Translations under genes and position numbers: made by a program
Notes under the pieces: model-generated
Seen by the model: only the letters and a program-made list of their open reading frames with translations
What the model was told of the DNA's origin: nothing
Databases searched by the model: none
In this document: positions 9,927-18,811 of the stretch, in pieces
How the letters are laid out: each line of letters opens with the position of its first letter
Numbering within the stretch: the first letter of the stretch is position 1
Origin: Fibrobacteria bacterium
GTDB taxonomy: Bacteria > Fibrobacterota > Fibrobacteria > UBA11236 > JADFYW01
Length of the DNA stretch: 64,000 nt
Direction of reading: 5' to 3'
Assembly (NCBI GenBank): GCA_050294405.1
Contig: JBNKOC010000009.1
Span: 32,001 to 96,000, forward strand

Positions 9927-11603
9927 ATGTCCATTCTAGGCTCCATTAACATAGGCACCAGAGGTTTAGCTGCCTCTCAGCTTGCATTGAATGTGTTGGG
10001 ACAAAACGTTTCCAATGCAAACACGGAAGGCTATTCCCGCAAGCGCCTTGAATTAACATCTGCCATTCGAGCGGATGCGCAATTCGGCGAAATGGGATTT
10101 GGTGTGGAAATTGAAAATGTGAACAGGATTAATGATGAATTCCTGGAATCTCAGATTCGCTTGCAAGTGACTGAACAGGGTTATTACGAGTCTCTGGATG
10201 CTACCCTGGAGCGAATTGAAAATATTTTGACGGAGCCATCCGATTCAGGCCTAAACTTGATATTGGATAATTTTTGGAATTCCTGGCAGGATTTAGCCAA
10301 CAATCCGGAAGATCCGGCTTCTCGTGATGTGGTTCGTTCCTCAGGATTGGTAGTTCAGGATAAGTTGCATACCTTGGCCTATCAGTTAGAAGATCTGCGA
10401 TCTTCCCAGGATGCGGATCTGGCTTCTAAAGTGGAAGAAGTAAATGGAATAATAAAGGAAATTTATAGCCTGAATGAGGAAGTCTCCGTTGCGGAAATAA
10501 AAGACGGAGAAGCTAACGATAGCCGAGACAGAAGGGAACTCTTAATGCAACGGCTATCTGAGTTAATTGATATTGATGCTGTTGAAGATGGTTTAGGGCG
10601 TTTAACCATAACTACTGCGGGTAATGTTATTGTGGGTCCTTCCACCTATGTTTCCATCGAATTAGAAAGGGTATCAGGCACTGATAGATTTGGAAATACC
10701 ATTGCCGAAGTAGGACTTAGATTTGGAAATACCAAAAGACCATATGTTCCCAGAGGAGGAGAGTTAAAAGGTTTATTGGATTCGAGAGATGAAATAATTC
10801 CTAAATATCAAAATTATTTGGATCAAATAGCTCAAACACTAGTAACTCAAGTAAATAATATCCATCGAACAGGGTATAACATAGCTGAAAATACAGGCGT
10901 TAATTTTTGGGATTCCACCAGAACCCGTGCTGATAATATTTCCTTAAGTGCAGCTATCCAAGCAGATTCTTTGAATATTGCAGCTGCAGCCGGTGGATTG
11001 GAGCAAACTGTTCCCCCATTTGGAGCAACCATCCCACCTGTAGGGACTGTGCTGGATTTAACAGCTGTGAGTCCTGCTTACCAGAATATTATTGAAGGAA
11101 GTGTGCAGATTCAATGGGCTGGTCCGCCACCCCGTACTTTGAGAGAAGGGGCTGGGGCTGATTATGTGGTGGATTATAGAAATGGCACTGTTACTTTTTT
11201 AAACTATGCGGCTTTTCCGGACCCCAACCCCATAAACATTGGGTTTAGTTATAACCAAGCGGGCTTTCCGGGGCCTGGAGATGGCAGTAACGCCCTGAGT
11301 ATCGCCCAAATTCGCGATCAGCTTACCATGGGTAACGATGGATTGGGAAACCCAACTGAAACCGTTGGAGAATATTATGCGTCATTGATGGGTGAGTTGG
11401 GGATAGAAAGAAACCAGGCAGAGTCTACTCTGGAAACAAGAAGGTTTCTGGTGGACCAATTCAAAGCGAGAAAGCAGGAAATTTCAGGTGTATCATTGGA
11501 CGAAGAGCTTGCAGATATGATTCGGTACGAACATACTTATCAGGCTTCGGCTCGTTATATAACAACCATAAATTCATTGTTAGATACCCTGCTGAGTATG
11601 TAA
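9927..11603 (+). CDS. flgK: Flagellar hook-associated protein 1
   Basis: GQNVSNANTEGYSR, FWNSWQDLANNP, SGVSLDEE motifs. Confidence 0.95.
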   Translation: MSILGSINIGTRGLAASQLALNVLGQNVSNANTEGYSRKRLELTSAIRADAQFGEMGFGVEIENVNRINDEFLESQIRLQVTEQGYYESLDATLERIENILTEPSDSGLNLILDNFWNSWQDLANNPEDPASRDVVRSSGLVVQDKLHTLAYQLEDLRSSQDADLASKVEEVNGIIKEIYSLNEEVSVAEIKDGEANDSRDRRELLMQRLSELIDIDAVEDGLGRLTITTAGNVIVGPSTYVSIELERVSGTDRFGNTIAEVGLRFGNTKRPYVPRGGELKGLLDSRDEIIPKYQNYLDQIAQTLVTQVNNIHRTGYNIAENTGVNFWDSTRTRADNISLSAAIQADSLNIAAAAGGLEQTVPPFGATIPPVGTVLDLTAVSPAYQNIIEGSVQIQWAGPPPRTLREGAGADYVVDYRNGTVTFLNYAAFPDPNPINIGFSYNQAGFPGPGDGSNALSIAQIRDQLTMGNDGLGNPTETVGEYYASLMGELGIERNQAESTLETRRFLVDQFKARKQEISGVSLDEELADMIRYEHTYQASARYITTINSLLDTLLSM

Positions 11604-11615
11604 TAGAGGTGTATT

Positions 11616-12836
11616 ATGCCAAATAGAGTTACCTTTACCCAAATTAATGACCTGGTTCAGGGCAATATTGCAACCAATTACCAAAGGTTAAGCCGGTTCC
11701 AGGAACAGCTTTCATCGGGAAAAAGATTGCAACGCCCTTCTGATGGCCCTGTTGATATTACTAATGATTTGCAATTTCGATCTGATTTGAAAAAATTAGA
11801 GCAATTCAAAAGAAATATTGATGATGGTGTTTCTTATTTGTCAGTTGTGGAAACGACTATGAGCTCTACGAATGATTTGTTCCAAAGAGCCAGAGAGCTT
11901 GCTATACAAGCCTCCAATGATACAAATACAGACCTGGAAAGAGGGTTTATTTTAAATGAAGTTAGAGTTGTTTTAGATAGCTTGGTTTCTATTTCCAACC
12001 AAACATTTAAAGGAAACTTTATTTTTTCTGGAACAAATACAAAAACACCGCCTTATTCCCTTAGGAGCGGCGCGGACAATATTGATGATGTTTTTCCTCT
12101 GGATCCCAATAATGTGTCAGATACATCTTTAGATACGGCTGCTTTGGCAGGCGGTGCTCCTCAAACTATTCAGCTTTGGGATAGGACTTATACCCAAAAC
12201 ACTTCTATTGCAAATAATTTAAATGGAAATGCCCCAGTACAAAATATTATTCCAGGAACAATGCGTATTTCTGGGCTTACTGAGGGTACAGATTATTCTG
12301 TGGATTATGTGAATGGGACTATTACCTTTTTACCTCCCGGAGCGGCAGCTATTGCAGCAGCTGGCGCAGGTGGGATAGACATGGATTATGAATGGATAAT
12401 GCGATCCGAAGAAGATTTAAGCGGAAAAATATTTCGCGAAGTGGAAACAGGAATTGTGGGGCAAATTAATTCCACAGCGGATGAAATTTTTGGGTCCTCA
12501 ACAGAAACCACTTCCTGGGATGCAATTATTGAATTGATGCAAGGGTTACATGCAAACAGTTCCACAAACATTAGAAGCGGCATTGATCAAATTAATGTTG
12601 CTTTTGAAAGATCTCTTCAGGCCCAGGCAACAGCAGGGGCCAGAGCGAATCGTTTCGATTTGACCTCTGATATTAACGATAGCAGTTTCATAGAAGTAAC
12701 CAGGCTGCATTCTAATTTAGAAGATGTGGATTTTGCGAAAGTAATATCTGATTTTTTACTTCAAGAATCAGTTTATACAGCTTCTTTACAAAGTGGGGCC
12801 AGGGTTATTCAGCCCACACTGGCAAACTTTTTATAA
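11616..12836 (+). CDS. flgL: Flagellar hook-associated protein 3
   Basis: QLSSGKRLQRPSD, FIFSGT, LEDVDFAKVI, PTLANFL. Confidence 0.95.
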   Translation: MPNRVTFTQINDLVQGNIATNYQRLSRFQEQLSSGKRLQRPSDGPVDITNDLQFRSDLKKLEQFKRNIDDGVSYLSVVETTMSSTNDLFQRARELAIQASNDTNTDLERGFILNEVRVVLDSLVSISNQTFKGNFIFSGTNTKTPPYSLRSGADNIDDVFPLDPNNVSDTSLDTAALAGGAPQTIQLWDRTYTQNTSIANNLNGNAPVQNIIPGTMRISGLTEGTDYSVDYVNGTITFLPPGAAAIAAAGAGGIDMDYEWIMRSEEDLSGKIFREVETGIVGQINSTADEIFGSSTETTSWDAIIELMQGLHANSSTNIRSGIDQINVAFERSLQAQATAGARANRFDLTSDINDSSFIEVTRLHSNLEDVDFAKVISDFLLQESVYTASLQSGARVIQPTLANFL

Positions 12837-12858
12837 TATATAGTCTACATATTCTTTA

Positions 12859-12892
12859 AAAAGGCTTCTGATTTTTGTCAGAAGCCTTTTTT
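12859..12892 (+). terminator. Intrinsic terminator after flgL
   Basis: AAAAGGCTTCTGA-TTTTTG-TCAGAAGCCTTTTTT hairpin with U tract. Confidence 0.85.
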
Positions 12893-13011
12893 GCTATGTA
12901 AATGAGTATGTCCATGTGCAGGAATTTCCTAGGCAGAGGGAATTAATTGCCAGTATAAATAAAATCTTAAAGTAACACTTCTAAATTTATTTAAAATGGG
13001 CGAATAAAAAT

Positions 13012-13027
13012 TGGCATTCCATTTGCT
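13012..13027 (+). promoter_or_regulatory. sigma54 promoter of flagellin
   Basis: TGGCATTCCATTTGCT = GG-N10-GC. Confidence 0.7.
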
Positions 13028-13048
13028 TTTTAAGCTGATGTAAATATT

Positions 13049-13096
13049 AACAAGGATGTTTATCCAAATAAGTCAATCAATGGACAGGAGGATGTC
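13049..13096 (+). promoter_or_regulatory. CsrA-binding sites in the flagellin 5' UTR
   Basis: Hairpins AACA-AGGA-TGTT (13049-13060) and GACA-GGAGGA-TGTC (13083-13096, covering the SD); csrA and fliW lie downstream. Confidence 0.8.
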
Positions 13097-13098
13097 AA

Positions 13099-13986
13099 AT
13101 GACACGGATTAATCATAATATTTCAGCGATGATAACTGGCTCCACACTCAGGAGCACAAATAAAAATTTGGCAAGTTCGCTGGAAAAACTTTCTACAGGT
13201 TTGAGAATAAACAGGGCCTCTGACGACGCCGCTGGCCTTTCTATTTCCGAGCAATTGAGAACTCAAGTCAGAGGCTCTCATGTTGCTGTCAGAAACGCCA
13301 ATGATGGTTTATCATTATTGAGAATTGCGGAAGGTGCCGCCAATGAAATTTCTGCTATGTTGCAAAGAATGCGCGAGTTGGCGATTCAATCCTCCAACGA
13401 TACTCTAACTACTGTTGAAAGAGGGTATACGAATCAGGAATTCCAAAAGCTAATGGAGGAAATTCAAAGGATTTCAGTGAGCACCCAATACAATGGGATG
13501 ACTTTGCTGGATGGACAGCCTTCAAGCTTTGGCAGTGCCGGCGGTGCCCAATCTGTTTTGCATATTGGTGCCAACAACAATAACGGAAATCTGGCTGGTA
13601 CAATTGATTTAATGCGTATTCAAATGTCGGCCATGACCCTGGGTGCTTTGGGAATGACACTGGTAGCTTCCGGTCTCCCAAATGCCACTGCAGTCACAGG
13701 TCAGGCTGCTGCATTTGCTGCTATTACATCCATTGATAATGCAATCCAGAGTGTAAACTCAATGCGTTCGGATTTGGGTTCTTATATGAACAGACTGGAT
13801 CACGCTATTGCGAATCTTGAAGTTCAGGAATCCAATATGCAAGGTGCTGAATCCACTATTAGGGATGCAGATTTTGCAATGGAAACCACTATCTTTACCA
13901 AAAACCAAATTTTGATGCAGGCGGGCACAGCTATGTTGGGTCAGGCTAATCAAATTCCTCAATCCGTTCTATCACTTCTTCAATAG
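13099..13986 (+). CDS. fliC: Flagellin (short, 295 aa)
   Basis: EKLSTGLRINRASDDAAGL, LQRMRELAIQS, IRDADFAME motifs. Confidence 0.97.
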   Translation: MTRINHNISAMITGSTLRSTNKNLASSLEKLSTGLRINRASDDAAGLSISEQLRTQVRGSHVAVRNANDGLSLLRIAEGAANEISAMLQRMRELAIQSSNDTLTTVERGYTNQEFQKLMEEIQRISVSTQYNGMTLLDGQPSSFGSAGGAQSVLHIGANNNNGNLAGTIDLMRIQMSAMTLGALGMTLVASGLPNATAVTGQAAAFAAITSIDNAIQSVNSMRSDLGSYMNRLDHAIANLEVQESNMQGAESTIRDADFAMETTIFTKNQILMQAGTAMLGQANQIPQSVLSLLQ

Positions 13987-14027
13987 CCTATTGACTTGGC
14001 ACTTAATTAATAGGATATTTTTAGCTA

Positions 14028-14459
14028 ATGAACGAAAGGAATGTTTTGGAAAAAAATCAGGGAATTCCCGAATGGACCGAAGATGATATTATCACTTTTC
14101 CAGCGGGTATCCCCGGATTTGAAGATTCCCATAGATTTATTCTGATATCTGTAGAGGAATACGCCCCTTTTCATTGGTTGCAGTGTGTTGAGGGCAACAA
14201 AATCAGGCTAGCTGTAATAAACCCGTTGGTTTTTAAGCCTGATTATGCTCCCAAAATTAGCAAAGCCGAATTGGATACTTTGAATATTCAGAATGCATCT
14301 GATTTATTAACCTATGTTATTGTTACCCTCAGAAATCCTTTGACGGAATCCACAGCCAATTTAATGGGCCCTGTTTTTATCAACCTCAAGGAAAAAGTTG
14401 GGAAACAAATAATAATTGAAGATGATGCCTACTCATTAAGGGAGAAACTAATACAATAA
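14028..14459 (+). CDS. fliW: Flagellar assembly factor FliW
   Basis: ITFPAGIPGFE, PFHWLQ, TANLMGPVFIN...GKQII. Confidence 0.93.
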   Translation: MNERNVLEKNQGIPEWTEDDIITFPAGIPGFEDSHRFILISVEEYAPFHWLQCVEGNKIRLAVINPLVFKPDYAPKISKAELDTLNIQNASDLLTYVIVTLRNPLTESTANLMGPVFINLKEKVGKQIIIEDDAYSLREKLIQ

Positions 14460-14460
14460 T

Positions 14461-14694
14461 ATGTTAGTTTTAACGCGAAAAATTGGGGAATCCATTCGGA
14501 TTAATAACAATATTTCCATCACCATTATGGAAGTAGATGGAAGAAGTGTGAAAATCGCAATCGATGCTCCCAGAAGCATCCCCATTCATAGGGAAGAAAT
14601 TTTTCAAAGGATTCAGGATGAAAATAAATCTGCCGCCCAGCAATCTCTTCAGGGGGATTTAAGCAAGGTTGCTGATTTGTTTAAGAAGAAATAG
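14461..14694 (+). CDS. csrA: Carbon storage regulator CsrA
   Basis: MLVLTRKIGESI...IDAPRSIPIHREE. Confidence 0.97.
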   Translation: MLVLTRKIGESIRINNNISITIMEVDGRSVKIAIDAPRSIPIHREEIFQRIQDENKSAAQQSLQGDLSKVADLFKKK

Positions 14695-14701
14695 TTCTGG
14701 G

Positions 14702-15448
14702 TTACAATTTTTTAATTTTTCCCTCTTCAACCAGCCATTTGATATCTCCGGTTATTACTTCCAGGGAGATGCCGTAAAAAAGAGATATATATACATGGTA
14801 TTCAGTTGGGAATTCGGTAAGGTATTGGTATAGCGTGTGCCTGGATTCTTTCCTTTTTAAATATATACATTCAATTGACAGTCTTTGGATTAAATCTGGA
14901 TAAAGCCCTGCCCCCAATAGGCTGATTCTATACGCGCCTTCCGCCAAAATGATTTCAGAATCCATTGAGGCAGGTAATAAATAAACATCCCACTCCTCCC
15001 CCTCTTGCTCCGGCGGGAAAACCACAGAATTGTAATGGTTTGAGCAAAGTGCGCTATCTTTAATGGAGTTTAATGCGCTTTTTTGAGCTAAGTATATTTG
15101 GGTTTCAATATCGCTAAGCACTTTCCCTTTTTCTAATATGGGGCCTTTGAAGTCTCCATTGGTCAGATCAAACTGGTATTGGGCGATAATAGAATAATTT
15201 TCCTCAGTCTTTTCTATCCATTTAACATAACATATGCCATTTGAAATAAAACAAATATATCCCGAGTGGTTTGTATCCAGTATTTTGTTGTAAGATTTGT
15301 GTTTAAGGATTAACTCCTGAGCCAGGGCACTGTAATAGTCGCGAACATATAATTGATAGCCCAGATTTTCCAGGTTTTCAATTTCCCTTTGGGAATCTCC
15401 AAAGCTAAAATTAAAGGCTGCAAAGACTAATAAAAAAAACTTTAGCAT
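14702..15448 (-). CDS. Hypothetical secreted protein
   Basis: 248-aa ORF with signal peptide and SD. Confidence 0.55.
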   Translation of the reverse strand: MLKFFLLVFAAFNFSFGDSQREIENLENLGYQLYVRDYYSALAQELILKHKSYNKILDTNHSGYICFISNGICYVKWIEKTEENYSIIAQYQFDLTNGDFKGPILEKGKVLSDIETQIYLAQKSALNSIKDSALCSNHYNSVVFPPEQEGEEWDVYLLPASMDSEIILAEGAYRISLLGAGLYPDLIQRLSIECIYLKRKESRHTLYQYLTEFPTEYHVYISLFYGISLEVITGDIKWLVEEGKIKKL

Positions 15449-15492
15449 ATCCCCTGCTAAATAGAAAATTCAAGGATAATATATAATTCTAT

Positions 15493-16245
15493 TTAGTCGG
15501 AGGATTGGTTTCTAAATGTTTTAAAATCGATACCTTTAATTTCCTTGAAGGAATTTAAAAAGTCATTTTGGTTTTCGAAGCCAACAAGTCGAGCAATATC
15601 CTCTTCATCTAAATCGGGGTCGTTGGCATATTGAAGGCTTTGGGTAATCCTAGTCTTTGTTACATAGGTTTCAGGATTTATTTGAAACAATTTGGTGAAT
15701 CGCTGCCGGAAGTGTTCCAGGCTTTCCTCCATTTGTTCAGCCAGTTTTTTGAAATCAATTGTCTTTGTATAGTTTTCTTTAATAAAGTCAATAATAGGTA
15801 TCATTTTCATGACAGGATTAACGTTGTCATGAGTCAATTTTAAATCTTTGCAAATCCCTACAATTCCAACGACTTTATTTTCCTGGTTGTAAAGTGGAAA
15901 TTTGCTGGTATGGAAAAATTGGGTAGAGTTTAATGTGTTGGATATGGGCTCAATTTTTTGGTTTAATGGCCTTAGTGTACGAATAACTTTTTGATCGTCT
16001 TTAACGTAATTTTCAGCCATATGATCCGGCCAAATATCAAAATCAGTTTTGCCTAATAAGTCATCCAATTTATTGATTTGGCACATTTTTAAAAAAAGAG
16101 TGTTAGCTAAGATAAATTGTCCCGAAATATTTTTAGACCAAAAGGCTAAATCTTCAATGAGCTCGCTCATCTGCAAAATATTATTTTCCCATGAAATGGA
16201 ATCTAATAGCTGTTTACGGGTTTCTTTAAAATCTGAATTTGCCAT
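15493..16245 (-). CDS. AraC-family regulator with N-terminal PAS domain (start re-called at ATG 16245)
   Basis: LLGKTDFDIWP..AENYVKDD PAS motif; IARLVGFENQNDF..SFKEIKG AraC HTH. Confidence 0.85.
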   Translation of the reverse strand: MANSDFKETRKQLLDSISWENNILQMSELIEDLAFWSKNISGQFILANTLFLKMCQINKLDDLLGKTDFDIWPDHMAENYVKDDQKVIRTLRPLNQKIEPISNTLNSTQFFHTSKFPLYNQENKVVGIVGICKDLKLTHDNVNPVMKMIPIIDFIKENYTKTIDFKKLAEQMEESLEHFRQRFTKLFQINPETYVTKTRITQSLQYANDPDLDEEDIARLVGFENQNDFLNSFKEIKGIDFKTFRNQSSD

Positions 16246-16317
16246 TGCGCAAAAAAAAATGAAAATCAATTTAAAGTTTCCCATTTTCACAGCGACCAGG
16301 CTATTAAAAAATGAATT

Positions 16318-16668
16318 TTAACTTTTTTTTGTAGATTTTTTCTTTGGCGGCAGGGAGCTAGCAAAATCCACCCCCATTTTAATCCATTTTTTGAGGGTTT
16401 TTTGAGAAGCTATTTCATGTGGTGAAACGTAAACCATTCCAGTTAAGGCTTTGCCAGTAAAATCCATGGGAGAAGCTCCTGGCAAAAGGAGGGCTTTTTC
16501 ATAATTTTCCTTACCCACTCGCACCATAATTTTATTCCCTATTATGCCTAGGGCCATGTTTCCTCCGATTAAAATACACAATCCTCCAAACATTTTTTTT
16601 TCATCTAAACCCGGAGTGCCTTTTAGATGCACTTTTATTCGTTTTGCCAGTTCAATATCAAAAGCCAT
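16318..16668 (-). CDS. TfoX/Sxy N-terminal domain protein
   Basis: EKKMFGG...MVRV...PMDFTGK...MVYV. Confidence 0.85.
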   Translation of the reverse strand: MAFDIELAKRIKVHLKGTPGLDEKKMFGGLCILIGGNMALGIIGNKIMVRVGKENYEKALLLPGASPMDFTGKALTGMVYVSPHEIASQKTLKKWIKMGVDFASSLPPKKKSTKKS

Positions 16669-16737
16669 AATTTTTAATTTACTATTTTAGATGGGTAACT
16701 TGTTTCGATTTTTAATTCAATTTTAATAGGAAATGTT

Positions 16738-17703
16738 ATGAAAATTTTTATAACCGGAGGATCGGGGTTTATAGGCGGCAAATTCATAGAATACTTTTCT
16801 CAAACTAATGAAATTTTTGCCCTTTCGCGATCTGAAAAAAGTGATTTAAAAATAAAAAATTTGGGCGGGATTCCGGTTAGGGGAGATCTATCCCATATTC
16901 CCAGTGAAAAATTAAGCCAATGCGATGTTGTTATCCATTGTGCTGGTTATGTGGAGTCATGGGGTCCAAAATCAATGTACGAAGAAATTAATATTGAAGG
17001 CACCAAAAATATTTTACAATTGGCCAAGGAACATGCTGTTCCAAAATTTATCCAGTTAAGCACAGAAATGGTATGCTTTGACGGAAAGCCTTTGGTGCAA
17101 ATAGATGAGTCCCATCCCTACATGGATAGCCAGAAAAATTTATATGGATGGTCAAAAGCAAAAGCGGAAAAGCAGGTATTAGCAGCCAAGTCAGATAGCT
17201 TTTCGCCCAATGTTATACGCCCCTCCTTTGTGTGGGGTCCGGACGATACAACAGCTTTGCCTATTATTATAGATGCTGTTCAATCGGGCAGGTTTATGTG
17301 GTTGAACAAAGGCCAGGTTAAAAAAAGCACGACTCACATTGATAATTTAATACAGGGTTTGGAATTGGTATTGAATCAGAATATATCTGGCGAGGTGTTT
17401 TTTATCAATGATGGAGAAAGCTGGACCTTTAAAGATTTTATTACCGAGTATGCAAAATCTGCTAATGTTATTATGCCAAATAAAAATATGCCAGGTTTTG
17501 CGGGGCTTGCCATGGGGAACCTGGTAGATTTTGTTTGGAAAATTTTCGGAATAAAATCCCGCCCTCCTATTACCTTTTTAGAGGCCGCCTTCTTAAGCTC
17601 TGAGGTTACTTTGAAAATTGATAAAGCGCGCAAAGAGCTGGGGTACGAGCCAAAAATTTCTGTTAGAAAAGGGCTGGAAATGTTATTAAACTCAGCTCCC
17701 TAA
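16738..17703 (+). CDS. NAD-dependent epimerase/dehydratase (3-beta-HSD-like)
   Basis: TGGSGFIG, YGWSK, KARKELGYEP. Confidence 0.9.
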   Translation: MKIFITGGSGFIGGKFIEYFSQTNEIFALSRSEKSDLKIKNLGGIPVRGDLSHIPSEKLSQCDVVIHCAGYVESWGPKSMYEEINIEGTKNILQLAKEHAVPKFIQLSTEMVCFDGKPLVQIDESHPYMDSQKNLYGWSKAKAEKQVLAAKSDSFSPNVIRPSFVWGPDDTTALPIIIDAVQSGRFMWLNKGQVKKSTTHIDNLIQGLELVLNQNISGEVFFINDGESWTFKDFITEYAKSANVIMPNKNMPGFAGLAMGNLVDFVWKIFGIKSRPPITFLEAAFLSSEVTLKIDKARKELGYEPKISVRKGLEMLLNSAP

Positions 17704-18156
17704 ATCTTTTGTATCGTTGTTCTGGAGGCGCTGTTCCAGCTCCCACAATGCGGTTCTGTCCCCGTCAAAGGAAAGTAAATTCTTTGCCTTAGCTATGGAA
17801 GTCCAGTTGCAGTTGCTATGCTCATTTGAAATTACAACAGGCGACTCTAGAGGAACCTTAAAGGCAAAACAAAATTCTTTTATAACATATGGCGATTTTC
17901 CGTCTTGGTAATGCTTAAACAATCTGGAGGGAAGTGAATTGCAGGTGTCCAGTGGTATTAGTTCAACATTTTTAAACCCTGTTTCTTCCAGGATTTCTCT
18001 AATAGCTGTTTGAGGGGCAGTTTCATCTTCCTCATTTCCACCTGTAACAAACTGCCAAAAGGAAGGTTTTATTCTTTTTAGCAATAGCACTTCGATGCTT
18101 TTATCCTTTTGTCTGAAAGGAATGGCAAGTATTTGAAAAGGAGCTGGAGTAACCAT
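17692..18156 (-). CDS. NUDIX hydrolase (NudB-like)
   Basis: WQFVTGGNEEDETAPQTAIREILEETG Nudix box; SNEH. Confidence 0.88.
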   Translation of the reverse strand: MVTPAPFQILAIPFRQKDKSIEVLLLKRIKPSFWQFVTGGNEEDETAPQTAIREILEETGFKNVELIPLDTCNSLPSRLFKHYQDGKSPYVIKEFCFAFKVPLESPVVISNEHSNCNWTSIAKAKNLLSFDGDRTALWELEQRLQNNDTKDLGS

Positions 18157-18162
18157 AGGAAT

Positions 18163-18795
18163 TTACCGGAATGCTTCCATAAAAATCCCCACAGATAAAA
18201 ACCAGTTGTTGTCACTGGTTAATCTGATGAACCTGTAATCCATTTTTTTTAAGTACCCGGCGTTTATAAAAAACCCATGAGGGGATAAGTAATTGACTCC
18301 CAATCCCGGTAAAAACTGTATCCACAAATTGGTGCGGCCTACAAAAAAATCACTGGTATTCTGAATAAACAGCCCAAAGCTGTTTTGCTTTGGTTTAAAA
18401 CTGGCAGGCGTGGAAAAATCGCTATTTATTTGCCAATGTATCCGCCCATTTGTTATGAGTCTCAGCGTTTGTAAACTAAGGTTTAACATGTTTGAAGGTT
18501 CAGATTGTATAGTTTTCTGCAAGTATGCTAAAGCGGGATTAATGATAATATTGGCGCTAAAATTCGATTTGTCTCTGTTATATGGGTCTTCTGGAAGCCA
18601 AACGAGGGGCAAAACAGATATTTCTGTAAAGATGTTGTCATATTTGCTTTTTGCAGTTGCTTGGATTAGTTCTAGCCTGTAATAATTATTGAAATTTAGC
18701 CACAGTTCAAAATTAGTTGATTGTTCCTGCCTTCCATACACACATGGAAATAAAATAGAACTTAGTGCGCATATTTTTAATAAGCTACGCATCAT
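18163..18795 (-). CDS. Hypothetical exported/outer-membrane protein
   Basis: Signal peptide, beta-strand-rich C-terminus. Confidence 0.45.
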   Translation of the reverse strand: MMRSLLKICALSSILFPCVYGRQEQSTNFELWLNFNNYYRLELIQATAKSKYDNIFTEISVLPLVWLPEDPYNRDKSNFSANIIINPALAYLQKTIQSEPSNMLNLSLQTLRLITNGRIHWQINSDFSTPASFKPKQNSFGLFIQNTSDFFVGRTNLWIQFLPGLGVNYLSPHGFFINAGYLKKMDYRFIRLTSDNNWFLSVGIFMEAFR

Positions 18796-18811
18796 TCTTT
18801 GCGGATAAAAA

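Noticed and set aside
12982..13007. sigma28 promoter for fliC (TAAA...GCGAATAA)
   Set aside because: Poor match to GCCGATAA and short spacing; the sigma54 motif fits better
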